DNA of 53,557 nucleotides from a bacterium (GTDB lineage: Bacteria; Patescibacteriota; Minisyncoccia; Phycocordibacterales; UBA12079): NCBI GenBank assembly GCA_030641525.1, contig DAOWHH010000003.1, positions 1 to 53,557 on the forward strand, given 5' to 3'. A program made the position numbers and the translations under genes. Of this stretch, positions 21,301 to 28,370 are shown one piece after another. A model generated the notes under the pieces. That model was not told the origin of the DNA, did no database searches, and worked only from the letters and a program-made list of their open reading frames with translations. Every line of letters starts with the position of its first letter. Within the stretch, counting starts at the first letter, position 1.

Positions 21301-22456
21301 ACAAGGTGAAGATGGTTATTTGAAAGTTGAACAAGACGCTATTATGTGGACAATGTTAAATGCAATAAAAGAACTGAACCTAAAAGTAGGTGAAGGTTTT
21401 TCAAATATAGCTGAAAATTTTGGAATAGGAACACCTATTGCTTATAGGAAATTACATATTGAGGAGGCTAGTGATAATCCACAAGTGAGGGTTGCTTATG
21501 ATGAAGATAATTTTGCTGAGATGCAAGTTTCGGCTGCAGGAGATTTAGCTATTACTACTCAAGGTGCAGATATTCGTTTTCCTGATGAAAATGTGTCAAT
21601 TTGTTCGGGTGGAGCTTGTTCAATAGATGTTGCTTCAATGGATGGAACAGGTAATTTAGCAGTTGAAAATATTGCTTTTGTTGCTGGGGCTTTAGGGGTG
21701 GGAACAAGTGAACCTCAACGAGTAGTTGATATTTTTGAAACTTATACTGATCCTCAATTAAGAATTTCTTATGATGAAGATTTGTATTCTGAATTTAATG
21801 TTTCGGCTACTGGAGATTTAGTTATTTCTGCGGAAGGAGGTGATATTTCAGTATTGGATGAAAACTTTAAGATTTGTTCTGGAAAAGGTTGTCCTAAAAA
21901 TGCGGATGAGTTAAAAGGTACAGGTAATTTGTTGGTTGAAAATAATTTATTAGCTCTCGGGAATGTGGGAATAAATACTACTTCACCAAGTTATACATTA
22001 GATGTAAATGGAACTTTGCGTGCCAAAGGTATTACTGATGCTTCAGATGAGAGATTAAAAAAGAATATACAAAGTCTTTCTTTGGATGAATCTGTTTTGG
22101 CTAAAGTTTTGAAATTAAGAGGGGTTAGTTATAATTGGAGGGATAACGAATCAGACAACTCTAAACCTACGGTTGGGCAAGGACAGATTGGTTTGATAGC
22201 TCAAGAACTTGAGAGAGAATATCCAGAATTGGTTGATACAGATAAAGAAGGTTTCAAATCTATTCAATATGGTAAATTTACAGCTGTTCTTCTTGAAGCT
22301 GTGAAAGAAATATTTGATATGAGTAGTAAGATAGAATATAGGAGTGCGAGATTGGAGAATAAGATGGTTCAATTGGAGAAAGAAAATCAAGATTTACAAA
22401 AGGGAATTCTAAAATTAGAAAATCGTATCAAAATTTTAGAAGAAAAAATGATCTAG
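12344..22456 (+). CDS. Giant secreted fibre/adhesin-like protein: about 25-30 GNVGIGT-delimited modules, a C1q/BclA-like domain, 7 LVIVD repeats and two peptidase S74 chaperone domains (start probably ATG 12353)
   Basis: Signal peptide, INYQGKLTD N-terminal domain, repeated GNVGIGT(D/S)SP, seven 43-aa YAYV..LKIIDISDP repeats, SDEKLK/SDERLK...IGLIAQ domains, C-terminal coiled coil. Confidence 0.9.
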   Translation: MFVMFKNLLRTKKITTLSNQQVGRKTTKYFWLSDSQWLSDSQQKYFVVFLIMIFSVLSPLNFIYSAFNPEINYQGKLTDSANVAVADGDYNLEFKLYTISSGGSAIWTESLIDTDKVTVTNGLFSVLLGNVTAISGVDFSQDLYLGVNVGGTGSPVWDGEMVPRKQIASVPSSFEADKLDGLDSTQFLRSDTTNIIGGNFDMGGFNLTNGGTATFANFIATSTTASSIFPLASTTQLTVSNDTWLAVDGGNVGIGTDSPSVELDVVGDINATGSIYLDTGNLGVGIVSTTYKAQMHEQSGAGSILQFTNTDSGTTDVDGSYVGIAGSESLGIWQYENDYMYFGTNNDEVARFHASGGFSFGDNYVSTDPGVDNMIIEGNVGIGTSSPLSMLSVRSTGTTDLLNLTETDGEEVFTVLENGNVGIGTDSPEEALDVVGGAIRLEANQYLKWDYNSAQANSRIWGIHTDQQVYGDFAITTADGQDDNFDLTRFYIDSSGNVGIGTDSPNTLFEIAKNDRENGAVMRITNSAQSSAWTTGDIVGTLDFYASDTSAPATRAKVIAIDTFNTAATNPSNVGLDFYTTDTNSLNFAMRIDSSGNVGIGTSSPSSMLSVRSTGTTDLLNLTETDGEEVFTVLENGNVGIGNTAPISELEIGLDTGGHSNLITIGKGYDVESGIQWSRAGIIDSQITNDASENMIFATDISNSIGGGDFKFRSNGGTELMVIETGGNVGIGTDSPDGPFEVVGVGNATTGESVKFATSDWDTGTSAGSALRINMGADTGNTYSIIQSVSGGNSLVADLAINPTGGNVGIGTDSPSDVLQVKTGTAKEGINIKGIDITNNNPQGALSFSDSSNVPVAKIVGYRGNTFDDGDIAFEVSQGASFSEAMRIDQTGNVGIGTSSPSVNLHVNDSSDAYIRITGGDAGKAVLQLGDQTDGNEARITYTASDRSLGLYTADTERMRIDKSGNVGIGTSSPDELLHIETSTDADLRIESTGDSYYSRVLFGVESGSDTSMGTYDDSYAGVSEYAGKFVTQTFERPIVFAAFGTTENDTIQFYTGGRDAADKRMVIDENGNVGIGTDSPGYKLSINGSGSVPVLYSTGEVTGSVAQIRGSGTGGSQLQITEAGQISWFIGVDDGETTLKIRDSAQANAPNLAIDSSGNVTITGTISEGGSLLSALYAPYAERGSNIDGAGLTWDGSELDVDALAVKRIHLKKSAETENLITAQVIGWDAQEYVDSDVYTHSTSSNNERVTVLSDGVYKIESNVNYVNTGAARVTMYMQLRVNGSNELTTRVKSYSRGSIYGDNNLKLSTIVSLSANDYVDLYGGYDDVDQTTAVNTTVGQSEFIISKIGTEAIANTWRPIDDTAVDGVTTESISSNWAYDHLNDTTDPHLISSFTSGNLNVARLPTGGAWNLTSDLNIDSNKLVIDNSSGYVGIGTDSPGSLLQLVEAGSGVQTMLGIHGSTVGVLGNGAEIHLSAGVTTLRGAKITAINTGGSSNDHALTFSTSASASVPAERMRIDSSGNVGIGTDSPSSDLEIEDTSNPTLKLDLEANPADGDNISTIYFEAGGYQAGRIRSVSEYAWPTSRRAGLAFDVLAMSAEVNNAMYINYLGNVGIGTDSPTGKLDIEDLTASANVDIDIRSAVDGSTRLRFGDADDNYIGGINYDHTTDDMFFLANNANRMVIDSGGNVGIGTETTTFDEGVGKVAILGSKSGNSGGLNIIDDSAQAVGTGGHIVFGGKYTDGGSYALGAKIEAEKTVSTTENYGFDLAFYARTHGANLDNSEKMRITSSGNVGIGTSSPLSMLSVRSTGTTDLLNLTETDGEEVFTVLENGNVGIGTDSPGAKLEVVNGTGIKITNSAASLLFLRRTSSLTSAMHFGNDDDDIYLGLGGDEKFHIATTDDIQASSMFTIQQDGNVGIGTDSPTRKLFVEFTDTTDYSSGGTILDGILIGNTQANTGGGGALTFLGEADDTAQAVATITGVVTSADNMDLVFETEGSGTRAERMRINSSGNVGIGTSSPDGILHTAVSDTSNIFTLERVDTSIGTDNIIADIKMKGGETTLGTVGRIIVSAESPWSADSSPAVMRFFTNPSGATNALERMRIDSSGNVGIGTSSPLSMLSVRSTGTTDLLNLTETDGEEVFTVLENGNVGIGTDSPGKKFTIAIQDVADPGSTAIQTENLSGTPRFALNNLNDGGWTTYDYYGGSYNSGITQKDGNVGIGDSSPTDTLHVQASAGNQVRIEGTGVDSDAEMHFDNDAQSWSIGIDGSDSNSLKLSTGVNVGTGDKVTIQSGGNVGIGETSPEAKLHIKKADTGQTPPVTSNMILEDTAATNYFTFLDATANSIQGLIMTDGAGADGYVIYDSDGKGMRFQSGTDEVARFWASGGFAFGDTFIDTDPGVDNMIVEGNVGIGTSSPDRNLDILSTSGTADMELATNDVQNSFFKFTSDKDGTGMNGFIGIDYSEDNFKITRDGFDGSAKGIIIDGDGEVGIGTSTPSEKLEVLGNVLQSPIDPVLEGSLGIGGNPYSVYVSGRYAYVVDIDSDDLKIIDISDPSSPSLSGSLSIGAYPRDVYVSGKYAYVVDSGSDDLKIIDISNPSLPTLAGSLSIGTDPHSIYVSGKYAYVVYYGSDDLKIIDISNPSLPTLTGSLSIGSGPLSVYVSGKYAYVIDYVSRDLKVIDISDPSSPSLSGSLGVGSNPVSIYVSGSYAYVVDTISDDLKIIDVSDPSSPSLSGSLSIGASPRDVYVSGKYAYVVDSGSDDLKIIDISNPSLPTLAGSLGIGGSPYSVYVSGRYAYVIDTDSDDLKVIDISGMETTSMIAHSLEAGNLQVRNDIIAQGQLQVTGGITAGSGGIYSTGPVGVFASTTAAALTINQHLTGDLLNVFDNTGSEIFTIEEGGNVGIGDSTPTYQLTLSTDSAYKLSSGTWSYTSDEKLKDINGDFTRGLEALDDLYPVYFNFKKDNEIGALSDREYIGLIAQDIQKTVPEAVTQGEDGYLKVEQDAIMWTMLNAIKELNLKVGEGFSNIAENFGIGTPIAYRKLHIEEASDNPQVRVAYDEDNFAEMQVSAAGDLAITTQGADIRFPDENVSICSGGACSIDVASMDGTGNLAVENIAFVAGALGVGTSEPQRVVDIFETYTDPQLRISYDEDLYSEFNVSATGDLVISAEGGDISVLDENFKICSGKGCPKNADELKGTGNLLVENNLLALGNVGINTTSPSYTLDVNGTLRAKGITDASDERLKKNIQSLSLDESVLAKVLKLRGVSYNWRDNESDNSKPTVGQGQIGLIAQELEREYPELVDTDKEGFKSIQYGKFTAVLLEAVKEIFDMSSKIEYRSARLENKMVQLEKENQDLQKGILKLENRIKILEEKMI
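12415..12490. repeat. Family B palindrome inside the 5' coding region of the giant gene
   Basis: AAAAACGACAAAATATTTTT-GGCTATCGGATAGCCAGTGGCTATCCGATAGCC-aac-AAAAATATTTTGTCGTTTTT; encodes WLSDSQWLSDSQ. Confidence 0.88.
13507..18786 (+). repeat. Four near-identical 93-bp cassettes (13507-13599, 14161-14253, 17749-17841, 18694-18786)
   Basis: ATCAATGTTATCAGTTAG(A/G)TCTACAGG...GGAGAATGG; encodes SMLSVRSTGTTDLLNLTETDGEEVFTVLENG. Confidence 0.92.
19890..20767 (+). repeat. Seven 129-bp LVIVD repeats (beta-propeller)
   Basis: 43-aa period; near-identical DNA blocks 516 bp apart (e.g. 19994 and 20510). Confidence 0.88.
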
Positions 22457-22491
22457 ATTTTCGATTAATCAAATTTCTTATAAAGAAATCT

Positions 22492-22500
22492 TGTGGATAA
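22492..22500 (-). promoter_or_regulatory. Consensus DnaA box (TGTGGATAA on +)
   Basis: Exact consensus just downstream of the giant gene. Confidence 0.4.
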
Positions 22501-22612
22501 CTCATATTAATTAAAGGTTGTATTTAAAAAGGTATTTTGTAGTTTGACATCAAAACTATTAGTCTAGCTTGACTTTTTTATACTAAAGTATAAACTTTAG
22601 ATAAGTAACTTC

Positions 22613-22635
22613 ACTGGGCCTTGTGCCCAGTTTTT
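22613..22635 (+). terminator. Intrinsic terminator ACTGGGC-cttgt-GCCCAGT-TTTT
   Basis: GC-rich stem followed by a T-run. Confidence 0.7.
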
Positions 22636-22649
22636 CCGTTTTAGGGTTT

Positions 22650-22805
22650 TTAAATTCTTTCTACTTCATCTTTTATACTATCTAGACTAACAAACCAAGA
22701 TTTATATTTAATTTCTGAAGCACAGTTATTATTATAAGCAATAAATTTTATGTGTTTTTGGGCTTTAAGTATATTTTCCTTAGTTATAAGAAAATCACTG
22801 TCTCC
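22650..22805 (-). pseudogene. Probable C-terminal remnant of a second NYN domain gene
   Basis: GDSDFL...IKFIAY..NCASEIK...FVSLDSIKDEVE resembles the NYN C-terminus after the SGDxDF motif; no N-terminal motifs upstream. Confidence 0.55.
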
Positions 22806-22872
22806 AATTTTCGGTTTTTCAATTTTCATTACATATAATTGTCTCACAATAACATCTTTAAATCAAAAAAGT

Positions 22873-22903
22873 AAAAAGGTGATTGCGAAGCAATCACCTT
22901 TTT
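22873..22903. terminator. Hairpin AAAAAGGTGATT-GCGAAGC-AATCACCTTTTT
   Basis: Perfect stem with a GAA loop and A/T runs on both sides. Confidence 0.65.
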
Positions 22904-23010
22904 TGACTAACAACTAAAAACTATCAACTAATTTTTTTGTCCACGGAAATATTATTTATATATTATAAAATGTTATATAATGATAAGTAATCTAATTTTT
23001 AGAGAAATTT

Positions 23011-25077
23011 ATGTTCAATCAATTCATTGAACTTATTAAGAATACTACAACGATTACAGTAGGGACAGTAATTGGTTTTTTGGGTAGTGGTGATGTCAGT
23101 CTTTTAGAAACCCCACCAATAGATTTTTTAAAAAGTCCCTCTGAAATAACACAGGAATTATCAGATTCTGGTGTTTTAGAATTTTCTCAAAAAGCTACTA
23201 TCAATGAAGCTTTTGTTCAGGAACCTCTTGAGACAGAAGGAATTGAAATTGAAGAATCTGTTGTTGAAGAATTACCTAATATGGCTGATGAATCTGAATC
23301 TGAAATTGAAGAATCTGTTATTGAGGAATCACCTAGCGTGACTGATGAATCTGAAGAAGATGAGATTATTTATTTTGAAAGAGATGAGGATCCAAAAGAA
23401 ATTATATTTCGTAGGCCGAGCTCAGATGCAGATAGTAATTTATTTGTTGATACATCGGATGTTCAGCCTGTAATTTCAACTCAAATTGATGTTGAGTTAG
23501 AATTAGTGGAGCCTATTATTCGCTCTGTAAATCCTATAAAACCTGAAAAAGAAATAAAGCCATTAGATGTTTCTCTTATCTTAAATACAAATTTTGATAC
23601 ATTTGATGCCAATCTTCAGATTAAAGAAGTGACTGAAGATGATTATAGTTTTTATGTTTTGTATACATTTCGTTCTTTAGAAATAAAAGATAGAGTTTGG
23701 ATTGTTGTTTTGAAAGAAAATACTTTAGTGGTTACTAAAGATGTTTTAGGTGATGGAGATTTAGGAAATTATCTTTCAGATGAATTAAGTGAAGTTGTTG
23801 ATAATGAAATGATTTTTTTGAAAGAAGTACAAGAAATTCAAAGAAATAAACTTCTTGCTGATGTTGTTGAAGGTGCAAAGAAAAAAGCTACGGCTTCAGT
23901 TTATGATAGTTTAATAGGTAAGATTCTTGATACAAGTTTGAATGATTTTAGTGGCTATATCCCTGTAATTGTAGAAGAAGAATTAGCGGTTTTGACGAAG
24001 GAGAAAATTGAGGAGGTTGAAGAGCCCACCGACACTGAAAGCTCTGACGTGACAAAGGAAATTGATGGAGTTGATAATGAAGCTCCTGTTATCACTATAA
24101 TTGGTAATAATCCTGCTTTAATACAACTTGGTTCAAGTTATCTTGATTTAGGAGCTAATGCTATTGATAATATTAGTGGGACTTTGGGTGTTAAAACTGG
24201 AGGTGATGTGGTGGATACTACGAAAGCGGATTCGTATTTTGTGACATATACAGCAATTGATGAAGCAAATAACACAGCTCAAGTGACTAGAGAAGTTATA
24301 ATTTATGATTATGGTGAAATACCAGAAGTCCCAGAAGAAGAACCTATTGTTGAGTCCGCCGACACTGAAGGCTCTGGCGTGACAGAGGAAGATCCAGAAG
24401 TGATTATTGAAGAACCTGAAATAATAATTGACGAGGAGGAACCTGCCGACATTGAAGACTCTGGTGTGGCGGAAGAAGAAAAAGAAAAGGATAAAAAAGA
24501 AAAAGGTGAAGAAAAGATAATAGAAGACCTAGGTACAACAACTATTGAAGAATTGATTGAAGAAACCACCTCTGCTGAAGATGTGGTAGGTGAGGAAGAA
24601 GCAGAAGAACCTGTATTTGATGTAGTGGATGTGGTTGTTGAGTTTGTTGAAGAAAAAATAATAGAAGATATACCTGAAATGATTGAAAATGTAGTAGATG
24701 AAGTTATTGAACAAGTGTCTGATGTATCGGAAATTGTTGAAGATGTTGTTGAAGAATCTGTGAATGTGGTGATAGAACAAGGGGCTACTATAATCAAAGC
24801 TATTGGTATGAATAATTTATTAGGTAATGTTATATCGGTACAAGATAATAATTCTTCTCTTTTAGGTATTGCAGCAGATAAGTCATATAATGTTTTTTCC
24901 AAAATTATGAAAAAGATTAAATTTAAAAATATTTCTAATAATATTTCAAACCAATTAGGGAATATTATTAGTAGTGAATCAGATTATTCAAGGTCAGAAG
25001 AGGTGGATTTGAATTATAAACGAGGTAGTTTTATTTCTTTTATGGTTAATTATTTTGATGATCATAGGCCAAAGTAA
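23011..25077 (+). CDS. Acidic surface-type protein with a DUF5011 (Ig-like) domain
   Basis: DNEAPVITIIGNNP...YLDLGANAIDNISG...YFVTYTAIDEANN..QVTREV; Glu-rich low-complexity regions. Confidence 0.8.
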   Translation: MFNQFIELIKNTTTITVGTVIGFLGSGDVSLLETPPIDFLKSPSEITQELSDSGVLEFSQKATINEAFVQEPLETEGIEIEESVVEELPNMADESESEIEESVIEESPSVTDESEEDEIIYFERDEDPKEIIFRRPSSDADSNLFVDTSDVQPVISTQIDVELELVEPIIRSVNPIKPEKEIKPLDVSLILNTNFDTFDANLQIKEVTEDDYSFYVLYTFRSLEIKDRVWIVVLKENTLVVTKDVLGDGDLGNYLSDELSEVVDNEMIFLKEVQEIQRNKLLADVVEGAKKKATASVYDSLIGKILDTSLNDFSGYIPVIVEEELAVLTKEKIEEVEEPTDTESSDVTKEIDGVDNEAPVITIIGNNPALIQLGSSYLDLGANAIDNISGTLGVKTGGDVVDTTKADSYFVTYTAIDEANNTAQVTREVIIYDYGEIPEVPEEEPIVESADTEGSGVTEEDPEVIIEEPEIIIDEEEPADIEDSGVAEEEKEKDKKEKGEEKIIEDLGTTTIEELIEETTSAEDVVGEEEAEEPVFDVVDVVVEFVEEKIIEDIPEMIENVVDEVIEQVSDVSEIVEDVVEESVNVVIEQGATIIKAIGMNNLLGNVISVQDNNSSLLGIAADKSYNVFSKIMKKIKFKNISNNISNQLGNIISSESDYSRSEEVDLNYKRGSFISFMVNYFDDHRPK

Positions 25078-25168
25078 ATCAAAAATTTATAAAGTTTAAA
25101 ATGGGAAAAATTTGCAGAGCAAATTTTTCCAATTAAATTAAAAGGTTTAAATTTTTAATTAAGTTAGT

Positions 25169-26239
25169 ATGGAAAATAATAATAAAAAAATTAGAGTGGC
25201 TATAAACGGTTTAGGAAGAATTGGTAGAGCGTTTTTTAAGTTAGCCCAAGAGGAAAACCAAATTCAAATTGTAGCAATAAATGATTTGACTGATTTAGAC
25301 AATTTAGTATATTTACTAAAATACGATACTTCTTATGGTTTTTGGGATGCTGATTTAAAAATAAAATCTAAAGATATTTTAGAAATAAATAATCAAGAAA
25401 TTAAATTTTTTAATGAGCCAGATCCTCAATATTTACCGTGGAAGGATTTAGATATAGATATTGTTATTGAAGCGACAGGAATTTTTAATACTTATAAAAA
25501 ATCTAGTGCTCATATAAAAGCTGGTGCTAAAAGAATAATTTTAACTGCTCCGGCTAAAGATGAGGTTTCTGTTGCTGATAAAAATACTGATACAATTCAG
25601 GCTCCTAATTATAGTCAATTAGGAAAAACTGTTTTGATGGGAGTGAATGATGATGAATTAAAAACTTGCCAGATAAGTGCTAATGGCTCTTGTACCACGA
25701 ATGCCGTTAGTCCTATTTTACATATATTAAATCAGAAAATAGGAATTGAAAAAGCTATTCTTAATACTATTCACTCTTATACAGCTTCTCAAAAAATAGT
25801 AGATTCAGCTAATAAAAAAGATTTTAGGAGAGGGAGGGCTGGAGCTCAAAATATAGTACCTACAACAACTGGAGCGGCCATAGCCACTACATTGGCTATA
25901 AAAGAGTTGGTTGGTAAATTTGATGGTATGGCAATGAGAGTTCCTGTGATTTTAGGGTCTTTGATAGATTTAACTTTTATTACAAAAAAGAACACTAATA
26001 AGGAGGAAATAAACAATATTTTAAAGGAGGTTTCTAAAGATAAAGTATGGGAGGGGATTTTTAGTGTGACAGATGAATTATTAGTTTCTTCTGATATTAT
26101 AAATAAACCTTATGCTTCTCTTGTAGATTTATCTTTTACAAAAGTAGTTGACGGTAATTTAGTGAAAGTAATTGCTTGGTATGATAATGAAATGGGATAT
26201 GCCAATACACTCATTAAACATATTTTAAAAACATTATGA
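25169..26239 (+). CDS. gap: Glyceraldehyde-3-phosphate dehydrogenase, type I
   Basis: INGLGRIGR, SCTTN, PTTTGAA, WYDNE. Confidence 0.97.
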   Translation: MENNNKKIRVAINGLGRIGRAFFKLAQEENQIQIVAINDLTDLDNLVYLLKYDTSYGFWDADLKIKSKDILEINNQEIKFFNEPDPQYLPWKDLDIDIVIEATGIFNTYKKSSAHIKAGAKRIILTAPAKDEVSVADKNTDTIQAPNYSQLGKTVLMGVNDDELKTCQISANGSCTTNAVSPILHILNQKIGIEKAILNTIHSYTASQKIVDSANKKDFRRGRAGAQNIVPTTTGAAIATTLAIKELVGKFDGMAMRVPVILGSLIDLTFITKKNTNKEEINNILKEVSKDKVWEGIFSVTDELLVSSDIINKPYASLVDLSFTKVVDGNLVKVIAWYDNEMGYANTLIKHILKTL

Positions 26240-26679
26240 AAATATTAATTACATCAGATCACGCGGGTTTTGAATTAAAAAAAGAAATAATTTCTTATTT
26301 AAAAGAATTAAATTTTGAGGTTGAAGATAAAGGTCCTTTTGAATATCAATCAGAAGATGATTATCCTGATTTTATAAAACCAGTAGCTGATGAGGTTTCA
26401 AAAAACCCAGAGAAATTAAAAGCAATTGTAATTGGAGGTTCTGGGCAAGGGGAGGCTATTGTTGCTAATCGTTTGAAAAATGTTTATGCGGTAATTTATT
26501 ATGCTCATAATTTAGAGATTATAAAATTATCTCGTGAGCATAATAATGCTAATATTTTATCTTTAGGAGCAAGATTTATTTCTTCGGATGATGCTAAAGA
26601 AGCTGTTAAATTATGGCTAGAAACCCCATTTTCTGGAGATGAACGACATCTTCGTAGAATTAATAAAATAGATGTTTAA
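26236..26679 (+). CDS. rpiB: Ribose-5-phosphate isomerase B family protein
   Basis: SDHAGFELK, DDYPD, GGSGQG, SREHNNANIL, RHLRRI. Confidence 0.92.
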   Translation: MKILITSDHAGFELKKEIISYLKELNFEVEDKGPFEYQSEDDYPDFIKPVADEVSKNPEKLKAIVIGGSGQGEAIVANRLKNVYAVIYYAHNLEIIKLSREHNNANILSLGARFISSDDAKEAVKLWLETPFSGDERHLRRINKIDV

Positions 26680-26712
26680 ATCTGTCTGCCGGTAGACAGG
26701 GTGTAAAATGAT

Positions 26713-27438
26713 ATGAAGCAAAGACAAATAGAAATAATTCCAGCAATTCTTCCTAAAAATTTAAAAGAATTAGAAGACAAATTAAATTCTTTAAAAGAAG
26801 TTTATGCTAAGTTGGGTACTGATAAACCAACGGTTCAGGTTGATATTACTTATGGTGGTTTAATTTCTCTTTCAGAAAAATCTTTTGCATTTATTCATGA
26901 AATAATAATTCAAATGAAACCTATTTTGAGTAAATTTAACTTTAATTTTGAAATAGATGTTATTGTTGATTTTGAAGATGAAGAAGATTTTAAAATTTGG
27001 CGTGAATTAGATGTAGGTAGAATAATTTTTCATCATGAATCAAAACTTTCTAACAAATGGTTAAAGGATTTTAATTCAAATATAGAATTAGGTATATCTT
27101 TGAAACCAAAAACTTCTACTGAAGATATTTTTCAGTATTTAGAAAATATTGATGTTATTCAATTTATGGGGATAGATAATGTTGGATATCAAGGACAAAC
27201 TTTTAACCCTGATGTGATAAATAAAATAGAAGAATACAGAAAAGAAAATCCTGATATGATTATATCAGTAGATGGTGGGGTTAATTTAGAAAATGCTCAG
27301 AAATTAATTGATGCTGGTACAAATCGTTTGGTGATTGGCTCGGCGATTTTTGGGAAAAATAACTTTGCTTGTCAGCAAGCAGGTTCAGTTCAAGAAATCT
27401 TGGAAAAAATAAAAGAATTTGAAAATTTATCAAATTAA
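26713..27438 (+). CDS. rpe: Ribulose-phosphate 3-epimerase family protein
   Basis: IIPAIL, QVDI..G, QFMG...GYQGQ.F, ISVDGGVN, LVIGSAIF. Confidence 0.88.
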   Translation: MKQRQIEIIPAILPKNLKELEDKLNSLKEVYAKLGTDKPTVQVDITYGGLISLSEKSFAFIHEIIIQMKPILSKFNFNFEIDVIVDFEDEEDFKIWRELDVGRIIFHHESKLSNKWLKDFNSNIELGISLKPKTSTEDIFQYLENIDVIQFMGIDNVGYQGQTFNPDVINKIEEYRKENPDMIISVDGGVNLENAQKLIDAGTNRLVIGSAIFGKNNFACQQAGSVQEILEKIKEFENLSN

Positions 27439-27444
27439 AAAAAT

Positions 27445-28284
27445 ATGATTAAAGAAGAAAAAGAAAAATTAAAAAAAATAGCAAAAACTATTCGTGAAGA
27501 AATTATTAAAATGATTTCAGAGGCTGGTTCTGGTCATACAGCAGGATCTCTTGATATGGTGGAAATTTTGGTAGCAATATATTTTAATATTTTAAAATAT
27601 GATCCAAAAAATCCCGATTGGAAAGATAGAGATTATCTTATTTACTCTCATGGGCATACTTGCCCAGCTCTTTATGCTGTAATGGCTGAGGTTGGGTTTT
27701 TTCCAAAATCAGAATTAAGAACATTAAGGAAATTAGGGTCCCCTTTACAAGGTCACCCTCATAAAGAATGGTTAAAAGGTTTAGAAACAAGTTCTGGTCC
27801 CCTTGGTGAAGGGCTTTCGCAGGCAATTGGTATGGCTCTGGCTCATCGTATAAATGTAAATTTTCAAAATTCTGATGATAAATATTTTTATTGTTTGATG
27901 TCTGATGGTGAATTTCAGGAAGGACAAACTTGGGAGGCCTTAATGTTGGCTGGTAAAGAAAAATTAAATAAACTTATTGCTATAGTAGATAGAAATAATA
28001 TACAAATTAGTGGAAATACTGAGGATGTTATGCCTTTAGAATCTTTTAAAAATAAATTAGAATCTTTTAATTGGAGTGTTATGGAAATAGATGGTCATAA
28101 TTTTGAAGAAATTATAGGTGCGATTGAAGATGCAAAAAAGGTTTTAGATAAACCAATAATTATTATAGCTAATACTATTGCTGGTAAAGGTTTTAAAGAA
28201 TTTGAGGGTGATTATCGTTGGCATGGTAAAGTTCCCACTCCAGAACAAGCCAAAGAAATACTTAATGATTCAATAGGAAAATAA
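27445..28284 (+). CDS. Transketolase, N-terminal (TPP-binding) subunit
   Basis: SGHTAGSL, LQGHP, SSGPLGEGLS, SDGEFQEGQTWEA, WHGK. Confidence 0.93.
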   Translation: MIKEEKEKLKKIAKTIREEIIKMISEAGSGHTAGSLDMVEILVAIYFNILKYDPKNPDWKDRDYLIYSHGHTCPALYAVMAEVGFFPKSELRTLRKLGSPLQGHPHKEWLKGLETSSGPLGEGLSQAIGMALAHRINVNFQNSDDKYFYCLMSDGEFQEGQTWEALMLAGKEKLNKLIAIVDRNNIQISGNTEDVMPLESFKNKLESFNWSVMEIDGHNFEEIIGAIEDAKKVLDKPIIIIANTIAGKGFKEFEGDYRWHGKVPTPEQAKEILNDSIGK

Positions 28285-28287
28285 AAC

Positions 28288-28370
28288 CTCCGGAGGTTGA
28301 ACCTCCGGAGGTAAATATGGAGAGGTTGTTGAGCCTCTCCAGAAAATCTCCGGAGGTTCAACCTCCGGAG
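28288..28370. repeat. Family A inverted doublet upstream of the RAYT, with a degenerate third hairpin between the copies
   Basis: Copies at 28288-28310 and 28348-28370; TGGAGAGGttgttgagCCTCTCCA at 28318-28341. Confidence 0.92.

Noticed and set aside
11224-22500. Replication origin suggested by DnaA boxes
   Set aside because: Only two isolated boxes 11 kb apart, no dnaA/dnaN and no switch in gene orientation.
12653-24902. Many short antisense ORFs in the giant and acidic genes, and similar ones within core genes
   Set aside because: Antisense shadows of biased codon usage with no recognisable motifs.
12344-25077. Prophage or diversity-generating retroelement
   Set aside because: The S74 and fibre motifs are phage-like, but there is no capsid, terminase, integrase or reverse transcriptase. 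I saw no adenine-specific mismatch pattern between repeats.
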